Below are positions 25,899 through 34,198 of a stretch of 46,442 nucleotides of DNA, in pieces. How positions within the stretch are numbered: position 1 is the stretch's first letter; each line of letters starts with the position of its first letter. This DNA is from Candidatus Micrarchaeota archaeon. Lineage in GTDB: Archaea; Micrarchaeota; Micrarchaeia; Norongarragalinales; Norongarragalinaceae. The stretch covers positions 1 to 46,442 of the forward strand of contig JABWCK010000002.1 in NCBI GenBank assembly GCA_013360305.1. Direction: 5' to 3'. A program made the position numbers and the translations under genes. The notes beneath the pieces are model-generated. The model was not told where the DNA came from, ran no database searches, and saw only the letters and a program-made list of their open reading frames with translations.

Positions 25899-26222
25899 GT
25901 GATTGAACACTCTGTAGACGCTCAAAACTTAAAGTTTTACTTAGACCAACCAGTTTTTTCTGGTTTAGTTTCTAAAGGCTTTAAAGTAATTGATGTTTAT
26001 TCCCACTCGCTCAAGTCGTTGGGTTTAGTGGAGAATTTTTATTCAGTTACTTTAACGTATCCTGATTATTCTTCAAAACAAGAATTAGCAAAATTATTTC
26101 ACGTCTTCACTAAAAGCGAAATCGCTGATTTTCCAATCGACCGGCCTAGACCTAGAGTTGGACAATTAGTAATAAAACTTCCCTTCGAAGGAGTTCAAAT
26201 CAAGTCTTTTTCAGTCAAGTAA
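25899..26222 (+). CDS. Hypothetical protein
   Basis: 107-aa ORF filling the gap; no motif recognised. Confidence 0.45.
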   Translation: MIEHSVDAQNLKFYLDQPVFSGLVSKGFKVIDVYSHSLKSLGLVENFYSVTLTYPDYSSKQELAKLFHVFTKSEIADFPIDRPRPRVGQLVIKLPFEGVQIKSFSVK

Positions 26223-27073
26223 AAGATTTTAGTTAAAGCGAAATTTACTGCAAACATTGAAACAATGCTTCCCGCAGCCCAAATCAACAACGTTATTACG
26301 TTTACGATTGGCAAGTACGCGCTGATTATGTTGAATGGGAATTGAATTACTCCGACAGCGATTTGAATCGTTAAGCTAATTATTAAACTCGATAAAATCG
26401 TTAAAGCCAGCAAGCTTATTGCGCGGTGGTTTGTTTTCAAGTAAGACATTGATGCCGCGGTAGTAATGCTGTTTGTTTTAGTCAAGAAGTAGAATGGAGT
26501 AAGCATTAGTCGAGTTTGTTGGTAGATTATGTTGAGTAAGTAAAAACCTGCGCTGATTACGAAAAAGAATAACGGTATTGTTCCAAGCAACCAGCCGCCT
26601 GAAATAAAACCCAAGTAAGTCAGTATTCCTGTTCCGAACAAGACGAATAATGGTTGCGGCCAGTAAATAGAAAAAATAGCTGCTATTGCTATGTATATGT
26701 TCAGTAAAAAGAATTTCACGAAGTCTATTATTTTTAGTTCGCGAACCTTCAAGTTTTGTTTTTTCAACCCGTCCGAGTAAATCAAAGCGTTTGCTCCAGA
26801 CAACAAGATTGAACCAATGAAAATAAACAACAAGAAGCCAGTCAAACCGATTGAAGCGAGGGCTAGTCCTATTATTGTTGTTTTTATTTCGTTAGCTAGT
26901 TGAGGCACTGCGAATCCAATCAATCCTAGTACTAGCATTATTATTCCCGCAACCAAGAACAATAAACCAATTACTGCGGCTGCGACTGCAGTGTAATAAA
27001 GAGTAGTGAATGGTTGTTTAGTCCATTTTACTGAATGCCTTAATACTTCAGTTAATTGTTTAACGAAATCCAT
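26195..27073 (-). CDS. Multi-pass membrane protein
   Basis: About 6-7 long hydrophobic segments. Confidence 0.7.
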   Translation of the reverse strand: MDFVKQLTEVLRHSVKWTKQPFTTLYYTAVAAAVIGLLFLVAGIIMLVLGLIGFAVPQLANEIKTTIIGLALASIGLTGFLLFIFIGSILLSGANALIYSDGLKKQNLKVRELKIIDFVKFFLLNIYIAIAAIFSIYWPQPLFVLFGTGILTYLGFISGGWLLGTIPLFFFVISAGFYLLNIIYQQTRLMLTPFYFLTKTNSITTAASMSYLKTNHRAISLLALTILSSLIISLTIQIAVGVIQFPFNIISAYLPIVNVITLLIWAAGSIVSMFAVNFALTKIFYLTEKDLI

Positions 27074-27126
27074 TGAAATTAGTCACTCACTGAGTGTTAA
27101 TAAGTGATTATGTTAAAAATATTTTA

Positions 27127-28173
27127 ATGGATATAAAGGTTGAAATCAAGAAATTTGTTCCTGAAATAGAAGCATCAATGCAGGAATTACTTCCAAAGAA
27201 ATATAATTCATCCAGTATTTCAAAGACTTCTGGAAAAATTAATTACGAACTCGACTTGCAAGCTATTAATGGCTCAATTAATACTCCGTTTTGGGACTTG
27301 CTCGAGAGAGGCGGCAAGCGATGGAGGCCTGCTTTATTGTTAATGACTTGCGAAGCTTTAGGCAAGGATTACAAGAAAGCCTTAAACTTAGCTGCTTTAG
27401 TCGAGTTGACGCATAACGCTACTCTGGTCGCGGATGACGTTGAAGACTCGTCTGATGAAAGAAGGGGAAAACCTTGCTTGCACCACATTTATGGAATAGA
27501 CATTGCTATTAACGCTGGTAATTCCGTGTACTTTATTCCTGCAATGACTATATTGAATTCTCCTTATTCTTCAGAATTAAGAAACGAGTTAATGAATGTA
27601 TTCTTGATTGAAATGGTTAACGTATCTATTGGTCAAGGAATTGACATTTACTGGCACCGCGGATTAAAGGAAGAAGTAAGTGAAGCACAATACTTGCAAA
27701 TGGCTGCTTTCAAGACTGGTTGCTTGAGTAGAATGGCTTGCCGTTTGGCGTCAGTTCATTCCTCCGCAAGCAAAGAGCAAGTTGACGCGTTAGGAGATTT
27801 CGGCGAAAGCATTGGAGTAGCTTTCCAAATTCAAGACGACGTGTTGAACTTAACTGCCGATGAAGAATACGGCAAGGAAATCGGCGGAGATATTTCTGAA
27901 GGAAAACGAACGCTAATGACTATTCACGCAATGCAACACAGTCCAAAAGCAGCTCGCTTAAAGGAAATTTTGAACATGCATACCAAGGATCAAAAATTAA
28001 TAAAGGAAGCTATTGAAATAATCAAGCAAGCAGGATCGATCGATCATGCCGTGGGCATTGCTTCAAGTATTGTTGAAAAGTCTTGGAGTAAAATTGATTC
28101 ATTCTTGCCGGAAAACCAAGGCAAGTTAAAGTTAAAAGCTTTAGCCGAGTATTTGATTACAAGAAAATACTGA
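27127..28173 (+). CDS. idsA: Trans-prenyltransferase (GGPP synthase-like)
   Basis: GGKRWRP, HNATLVADDVED...RRGKP, GQGIDIYW, KT and FQIQDD...GGDISEGK motifs. ATG at 27127 preferred. Confidence 0.9.
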   Translation: MDIKVEIKKFVPEIEASMQELLPKKYNSSSISKTSGKINYELDLQAINGSINTPFWDLLERGGKRWRPALLLMTCEALGKDYKKALNLAALVELTHNATLVADDVEDSSDERRGKPCLHHIYGIDIAINAGNSVYFIPAMTILNSPYSSELRNELMNVFLIEMVNVSIGQGIDIYWHRGLKEEVSEAQYLQMAAFKTGCLSRMACRLASVHSSASKEQVDALGDFGESIGVAFQIQDDVLNLTADEEYGKEIGGDISEGKRTLMTIHAMQHSPKAARLKEILNMHTKDQKLIKEAIEIIKQAGSIDHAVGIASSIVEKSWSKIDSFLPENQGKLKLKALAEYLITRKY

Positions 28174-28189
28174 GGGAGGGCTTTTTTGT

Positions 28190-28465
28190 ATGCATGGTTT
28201 AGTGGGCTTGAATGTTTTGAAACAAGCTCGCGGCAACGCTGCGAGAACTACGATTCCTTTTTCCTTGTCTGCTTCTTCTTTAGCCGTTAACGGCTCTGAT
28301 TGTACTGTGTTGAATGTTAATTCTCGTTTTGATTGCGTTAAAGACTTAGTATCCAAACTATCTTTGGAACAAGCTAGAGCTTTTGAAAGAAAACACGGAG
28401 CAAGCTTTGACGTTACTGTAGCCTCAAACCACGCTCATTCTAGAATCATAATAAAAGAAAAATAA
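28190..28465 (+). CDS. Hypothetical protein
   Basis: 91-aa ATG ORF filling the gap. Confidence 0.4.
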   Translation: MHGLVGLNVLKQARGNAARTTIPFSLSASSLAVNGSDCTVLNVNSRFDCVKDLVSKLSLEQARAFERKHGASFDVTVASNHAHSRIIIKEK

Positions 28466-28518
28466 ATTGAAAAAGAATTAGTTTTTGGGACGAGAGCCTT
28501 TTTTTCTAAAAGGCTTTC

Positions 28519-29121
28519 TTATGCTTCGAAGTCTTCTTGTTTTAAGGAGTATTCTTCGTCTGAAGTGATTTTTCCTTGAGCTTTTAATACTTCTCTAGTC
28601 AATACCCAGAATACTAGTCCTAGTGCTTTTCTTCCTTTGTTGTTGGTTGGGATTACTAGGCTTAAGCCGGCAGGGTTGTTGTTTGTATCGCATAATCCAA
28701 TTACGGGTACTCCGAAGGTGCTGGCTTCTTTAATGGCTTGCTTGTCTACGCTTGGGTCGCATACCATGATCATTTCTGGTTCGACGAAGTCGTTTCTAGC
28801 AGGGTTCGTAAAACGACCGGGAGTGAACCTTCCGGTAATTGATTGAAAGCCGGTCATTTCGCAGAATTTTTGGATTGGCTTCTTAGCGTTGTCTTTAGAG
28901 CTAATAATGAATGTCTTTCCTGCGTCTTGTTTTGCTAGCAATTGAGCAGTTTCTAGCAATCGCTCGTCTAGTTTCTTTAAGTCAATAACGTGCAATCCGT
29001 CGTTTCTTGCTTTGTAAATGTATTCTTTCATTCCACCGTGCTTGTTTCTTGTTCCAATGTGTGCTCCTGCTTCCAAGTATTTTTCTTGAGGCAGTAATCC
29101 TGATTGTTGATAGTCACTCAT
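28519..29121 (-). CDS. rps2: 30S ribosomal protein S2 (uS2)
   Basis: YLEAGAHIGT, GRFTPGRFTNP, DKQAIKEA, LCDTNN and PTNNKG motifs. ATG at 29121 follows a GGTG SD. Confidence 0.96.
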   Translation of the reverse strand: MSDYQQSGLLPQEKYLEAGAHIGTRNKHGGMKEYIYKARNDGLHVIDLKKLDERLLETAQLLAKQDAGKTFIISSKDNAKKPIQKFCEMTGFQSITGRFTPGRFTNPARNDFVEPEMIMVCDPSVDKQAIKEASTFGVPVIGLCDTNNNPAGLSLVIPTNNKGRKALGLVFWVLTREVLKAQGKITSDEEYSLKQEDFEA

Positions 29122-29289
29122 TTGTTTCACCAATTTTTTTTACAGCCATACCCTGTTGGGAATAAACGACTGTTCTTAGTCTGAAAACGCGTTTCACTAA
29201 AAAAGCTAGTTTTCAGCTTACTAAATAACGCTAAATCGAGTTTAAAAAAGCTTTCCTGCGTACGCAGTTTTAAATTTTTGACTCTCGTT

Positions 29290-29859
29290 ATGCCTAGTGA
29301 AATGAAAGCCGGCCTTAAGTTGGAGTCTGTTGATGAAGAATTAGTCGAGACTCCTGAGTTCGAGGAAGAAATGCAGGGGATGGAGTTAGTAAAGAAAGCT
29401 CCTGCGTTGCTTCAAGCTAAGCGATTGATTGAAGCTGCTTTGTTTCAAGCTAACCGTGCTTTGAGTTTCAAGGAATTAAGCGAAGTTCTCGGCGGAAAAG
29501 AATACGTTCCGGGATTATTGCATGAATTAAAAAGCGAGCTTGACGCAAGCGATTCGGCTATTACGTTGTCAATGACTGAAGACAAAGCATTCTTGGAAGT
29601 CAAGCCTGACTACTTGGAGAAAGTCGCTTTCCTATCAAAACAAACCGAGTTATCCAGGAAAGCTACTCGAATTCTCGCATTAATTGGAAAAAAAGGACAA
29701 TTATTGCAGTCTGAGTTAAAGAATTATTTTCGTGGAGAAATATACGCTTACATTGCTGAACTAAAAGACTTCGGTTACATTGAAGCAACCAAGCAAGGAG
29801 CTACTCGATTATTAAAGCCGTCGAAAAAGTTTTTTGACACCTTCCAACTTACAGCCTGA
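29290..29859 (+). CDS. scpB: SMC-Scp complex subunit ScpB
   Basis: LIEAALF, ELSRKATRILALI, Y-x-Y-IAEL...GYI and KFFDTF tandem wHTH pattern. Confidence 0.85.
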   Translation: MPSEMKAGLKLESVDEELVETPEFEEEMQGMELVKKAPALLQAKRLIEAALFQANRALSFKELSEVLGGKEYVPGLLHELKSELDASDSAITLSMTEDKAFLEVKPDYLEKVAFLSKQTELSRKATRILALIGKKGQLLQSELKNYFRGEIYAYIAELKDFGYIEATKQGATRLLKPSKKFFDTFQLTA

Positions 29860-30595
29860 AGCCTTTTGGTTTGAATGCTATTAGTGTTTCGTCATCAGTT
29901 TGCTTGCTTTTTTGTTTCCTTAATTCTCGTCTAAGTTTTTCTAAAAATAATTTCATGTTGTTTTGAGTTTTAGGGTGTTTTCGTAGTATTTTCAAAGCGG
30001 TTTCGGCTAGTTGTTTTTGTCCTTCCCCGTTTCCTTTTCTACCTAAACTAGTTTTGGTTTCCGTAATTCCGTCGCTGTAAGCAATCCATATGCCGTTAGT
30101 CGGCAAACTTCCTTTTGGTTGTTCGTATTCTTTTTCTGAAATGCCTAATGGTTCTCTTGTGGAAATTGCAGAGTGATTCTCGTAAAACTCGTGTTTTAAC
30201 TCGCCTTTTTCGTTTCTGTAGATAAATAACGCTGGCAAGTGTCCAGCTGATGCGGAGGTAAGTTTTCCGTTAGCGTAATCAAAACCAATTCCAGTAGCGA
30301 AAGGAGTTAACGTGGTTCGGTTTATTTTTTTGCCTAGTTCTTCTGCTTTAACCGGTAATTCTAAACTAGCTTGATGAAATGCTTTGTGTATTGGCAAGCT
30401 TAGTTTTTTAGTAATTATTGTTGCTGCCAAGTTTGCGAAAGGAATGTTTTTTTCCTCATGACCAAAATAATCTATTAGCCCGAATTTTGTTCCTCTAGAA
30501 AATACGCGGTCGTTTCCTGTCTTTTCTAAAGGGTTAGAGTGATAAGCTATTTCTAATTCAGGGTGTCTTTTTGCAGCAGTAATTTTTCTGTCCAT
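29849..30595 (-). CDS. SpoIIE/PP2C-family phosphatase-like protein
   Basis: IDYFGH, SASAGHLPAL, PLG, YSDGITE and TDDETL motifs. Confidence 0.75.
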   Translation of the reverse strand: MDRKITAAKRHPELEIAYHSNPLEKTGNDRVFSRGTKFGLIDYFGHEEKNIPFANLAATIITKKLSLPIHKAFHQASLELPVKAEELGKKINRTTLTPFATGIGFDYANGKLTSASAGHLPALFIYRNEKGELKHEFYENHSAISTREPLGISEKEYEQPKGSLPTNGIWIAYSDGITETKTSLGRKGNGEGQKQLAETALKILRKHPKTQNNMKLFLEKLRRELRKQKSKQTDDETLIAFKPKGFRL

Positions 30596-30619
30596 TATTC
30601 TTCTTTGTTTTTTCTGGTT

Positions 30620-31264
30620 TTATTCTGTTTCGTATGCGGCAGTAAAGACTTTCTTGATTTCTTTCGCGCGAAGTGGTCCGATTCCTTCACAGTCTTGCAA
30701 TTCTTTTTCTGAAGCGGTAAATATTTTTTCAACCGACCCGAAGTGTTTCAAGAGTGCTTTAGCGTTTTTTGGGCCAATCATTGGAATGCTTTCCACGATT
30801 AATTGTTGTTGTTCTGACAATAATTCGGTTTTCTTGCTGAATTGTAGTTTGATTTCTCTTTTTTCTTGAAATTGTTCCTTGAAAGCAGTAGCGTAAAGAA
30901 ATTCCGCCAAGTCTTCCTCAGAGTCAAAAAACAATATTGGTATCTTGTAGTCGATAATTAGCGAAATCATTGCGCCACGAACTGCTTTTTCTTGAACTCT
31001 ATAGTATTCGCTTCCAATGACTGCAATAATTGGCGCTTGGTACGCGGCAGACATTTCTTTAGCTTGGCTGAATAAGCGACCGTCAATTATTGAACTCTCC
31101 AAGTCCTCGCTAGTTTTTCTTTCAACGCAAACACGGTCGCTCAAAATATAGTCTCCAATAATTAATCGTTGTGGTCTTAGTGAAGCGTTTAATTCAAATA
31201 ACTTGCGCGCAGTTTTACTCTTTAATTCTCGGTCGTCTAACGTGATTTCTGGTTTTTCGTCCAT
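30620..31264 (-). CDS. XPF/ERCC4 nuclease with HhH2 (Hef C-terminal half)
   Basis: DDRE, GDY...VERKTSEDL, DGRLFSQ, IPMIGP and EGIGP motifs. Confidence 0.92.
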   Translation of the reverse strand: MDEKPEITLDDRELKSKTARKLFELNASLRPQRLIIGDYILSDRVCVERKTSEDLESSIIDGRLFSQAKEMSAAYQAPIIAVIGSEYYRVQEKAVRGAMISLIIDYKIPILFFDSEEDLAEFLYATAFKEQFQEKREIKLQFSKKTELLSEQQQLIVESIPMIGPKNAKALLKHFGSVEKIFTASEKELQDCEGIGPLRAKEIKKVFTAAYETE

Positions 31265-31265
31265 T

Positions 31266-32789
31266 TCAGTATTCTCCTAGTTTTTTTTGAGGGGCTTCGC
31301 TAATAATGTTTTGAATCGACTTGAGTGTTTCGTGCATTTTCTTTTCCTTGCGCTTTGAAATCCACATGAATGCTTCGTCTTTAGTGTCTTTAGTTACTAG
31401 AATAATCGCGTTTCCTACGCGCGTACGACCAGCTCGGCCGCGTCGTTGAATTAATCGAATTTCAGAAGGAACGGCCTCGTAAAAAACAACCAAGTCAACA
31501 GCCGGAACGTCTAATCCTTCCTCTCCAACGCTTGTTGAAACCAAGACGTTGAATTCCTTGTTTCTAAAAGAGTCGAGTGCTTCTTTTTGTTTTTTCTGGC
31601 TCATGCCTTCATTGCTTCGCCCGACAATAATCCTAGCATCAACGCCAGGCAGCTTGTTTAATTCCTTCTGCAAAGAATCAACGCTATTCCTGTAGTGAGC
31701 GAATACTATAACGCTTTGTCCTGATTTGGTTGAGTTTGAAATAATTTCTTTAAGTTTTTCTAGTTTGGGGTGTTCAATGTTTTTTTCAAGCATTGTTGAA
31801 GTAATCGTTTGAATTTTTTTTATTCGAAAATCATCAATTAATTGCTGAACTGCTTTAGTTTTAGTCTTCCTATCCTTCAATGATGAAAGAAACTCGTTTA
31901 ACGACTGCAAGCCTTGGCTTTCCAGCAAGTCGATTGCTTGAACCAAGTTTAATGCTTTAGCTAAACTGCTTAAAGCTTGGTAAGCGCGAGGATCGTGCTT
32001 GGTTGCTAGAATTATTTTACCTCTCAAAGCTAATAATTTTCCTTTATGCGTCGTTAAAGCAGCAGAATCAAGAAAACCGTTTTCTTTGAGTATCGAGAGC
32101 GTTTCTTTGAGTATTTCTTCTAGTAGTGTTCTGACTTCTTTGAATTCTTCAGGCAAGTCTACGTACTCGTTGTTAATCGTTACTTTGTTCGAGTACTCGG
32201 CTGCGTCTTTTTCGGTTTTTACTTCCAAGTGGTTGATTCCGAGGTTATTGCATACTTCCATTATTTTCTCGGTTTGAGAAGATGGCGAAGCTGTTAATCC
32301 AATTACTTTGATTTTTTTCGCTAGGGCTTGCTTTGCTATAAATGCGTAAGCGTAATCTCCTACTGTTCGGTGAGCTTCATCGAAAACAATCAAGCTGTAG
32401 TCCGTTAATTTTATTTTTCCGCTTAAAACATCGTGTTCTATAGTTTGGGGTGTGCCGACAATGACCCAAGAATTATTGTATAACTCGATTCGTTTTTCTG
32501 GTTGTATTTCTCCAGTAACTACTTGCACTGCTTCGGGATTAATTTCCAAAACATCCTTCAACCGGTCAGCTTGTTGCATTGCTAACGGCTTAGTCGGCGC
32601 TAGAAACAAGGATTTCTTTTTCTGGTTCAACAAGTGAGCTATTACTAGGATTGCTACGAATGTTTTTCCCATGGCAGTCGGGAAGACTACTAGCGCGTTG
32701 TGCTTCAAGCAATTCTCAGCCGCTATTACTTGATAATCCCGCAATTCTGCCTTGTCTCGCTTTAACAAAGTCAAATCTAAAGAATCCAT
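31266..32789 (-). CDS. Hef/FANCM-like DEAH helicase (Hef N-terminal half)
   Basis: RDYQ, PTAMGKT, APTKPL, FDEAHR, TASP, HPK, TSVGEEGLD and IQRRGRAGR motifs. Confidence 0.93.
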   Translation of the reverse strand: MDSLDLTLLKRDKAELRDYQVIAAENCLKHNALVVFPTAMGKTFVAILVIAHLLNQKKKSLFLAPTKPLAMQQADRLKDVLEINPEAVQVVTGEIQPEKRIELYNNSWVIVGTPQTIEHDVLSGKIKLTDYSLIVFDEAHRTVGDYAYAFIAKQALAKKIKVIGLTASPSSQTEKIMEVCNNLGINHLEVKTEKDAAEYSNKVTINNEYVDLPEEFKEVRTLLEEILKETLSILKENGFLDSAALTTHKGKLLALRGKIILATKHDPRAYQALSSLAKALNLVQAIDLLESQGLQSLNEFLSSLKDRKTKTKAVQQLIDDFRIKKIQTITSTMLEKNIEHPKLEKLKEIISNSTKSGQSVIVFAHYRNSVDSLQKELNKLPGVDARIIVGRSNEGMSQKKQKEALDSFRNKEFNVLVSTSVGEEGLDVPAVDLVVFYEAVPSEIRLIQRRGRAGRTRVGNAIILVTKDTKDEAFMWISKRKEKKMHETLKSIQNIISEAPQKKLGEY

Positions 32790-32974
32790 ATTTATTTATT
32801 AGCTCGTAAACGAATTAATTCCTTAACTACGCCTCGATTCCGGTGGTTTACAAATACTGGAAGATAGGTGTTTTTAAAGCAGGATTGAGTTGTTTATAAT
32901 CCCGTGAAGCCTGGAATTGGGTGTTTTAAGGCACGAGCGGTTTTTATTTAGGAAAGGGGTGGATTTCTAGTAAA

Positions 32975-33175
32975 ATGGCTATTTTACCTTTAGCTCCAGT
33001 AGAGCGATTGATTCGAAAAGCAGGCGCTGACAGAGTGTCGCAAGACGCGGCTGAAGCGTTAGCTGATGTATTGGAAGAAGTTGGCTTGGATATTTCTTCA
33101 AAAGCAGTCAAGCTGGCAAAACACGCTGGAAGAAAAACTGTCACTAAGGAAGACATCAAGCTAGGCTCTAGATGA
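32975..33175 (+). CDS. Archaeal histone (HMf family)
   Basis: [19 protein letters not shown]...[14 protein letters not shown]. Confidence 0.97.
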   Translation: MAILPLAPVERLIRKAGADRVSQDAAEALADVLEEVGLDISSKAVKLAKHAGRKTVTKEDIKLGSR

Positions 33176-33178
33176 GAA

Positions 33179-34144
33179 ATGCTTGTTTCTATTCTTTCCT
33201 CCAAACCTGAGTTGTTGGGGGATTGTCTTTCTGCTTACAGTTCTCTTTCTCCTAAATCCTTGTTTCTAGTTATTAATCCTGAAAAAATTCACTCAGTTAA
33301 TGCTAAAACTATTTCAAAAATTGGTTGCGACTGCATTCACGTCAGTGAAGAATCATTCACGGATTCAGCGTTTCAAGGTTTTGGGGGGTTGAGGAATATT
33401 GCTTTGCTTCATGCAGTTAAAGAAAAAAAAGACTGCGTGTTTTTCGATGATGATACGCTTCCAGCAGCCAATCCTTTAGCTAGGTATGAAGAATTGTTTT
33501 CTCAAGGAAAAGAAATAATTTGCGGAAAATACTTAAAACACTCTGGCGGAAGTACTGCGTTATTGTTGTCTTTAATTGATTCGTTAAAGAAAAATTCAAG
33601 CCAAGCTGAATCCTTTCTAAATGGTATACCTATCGAAGCTAGTGAAGCGTTCGAGTCTTCCGGCTTGGTTGGAGGAAACATGGGTGTTTCTTTGAAAGTG
33701 GCTAGAACGTATTGTTTTTTTCCCACTACTTACAGAGTAGAAGATGGGTCGTTTGGTTTCTTAGCAAAATACTATGGCTTTCAAGTGTTTAACTCGACTA
33801 GAATGCCTCTAGTTATTCACTCCAAGCAGCCAGCGAAAAACGCTTTATTCAACAACTTAGTCAGCGAAGCTCGTGGTTCAGTGGTTTCTTTAAGCATTAG
33901 TGATTACTTGAATGGTTTAACCGTAAACAAGGAAGATAAAGCAAAACTAGTGTTCAAAAACTTTTTACTCCCTTACTTCAAGGAAAAAACAAGCAAGCTA
34001 GATTTAGACGAGTTCGGCAAACAAGTACGCGAACAAGTGCAAAGAATTCGCGCATTAACAGAGAAAGACTTTATCCCAAAAGATTTCGAAAAACAATTCG
34101 ACTTGTTTTTTAAAACGCAAGCAAGCTGGAAAAAAATTGTTTAA
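33179..34144 (+). CDS. GT-A fold glycosyltransferase-like protein
   Basis: GFGGLRNIALL, CVFFDDD, GGN and RVED motifs. Confidence 0.55.
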   Translation: MLVSILSSKPELLGDCLSAYSSLSPKSLFLVINPEKIHSVNAKTISKIGCDCIHVSEESFTDSAFQGFGGLRNIALLHAVKEKKDCVFFDDDTLPAANPLARYEELFSQGKEIICGKYLKHSGGSTALLLSLIDSLKKNSSQAESFLNGIPIEASEAFESSGLVGGNMGVSLKVARTYCFFPTTYRVEDGSFGFLAKYYGFQVFNSTRMPLVIHSKQPAKNALFNNLVSEARGSVVSLSISDYLNGLTVNKEDKAKLVFKNFLLPYFKEKTSKLDLDEFGKQVREQVQRIRALTEKDFIPKDFEKQFDLFFKTQASWKKIV

Positions 34145-34198
34145 AAATCGTTTTTTTAGTTTTTTTTCTCTCACTTCGGGTTTGTTTTTAATTCTTTT

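Noticed and set aside
29290-29859. scpB without adjacent smc/scpA
   Set aside because: scpB is often unlinked from smc in archaea, and the partners may lie outside the window.
32790-32974. Weak hairpins upstream of the histone gene
   Set aside because: The stems are short and imperfect, and the region is explained by divergent promoters.
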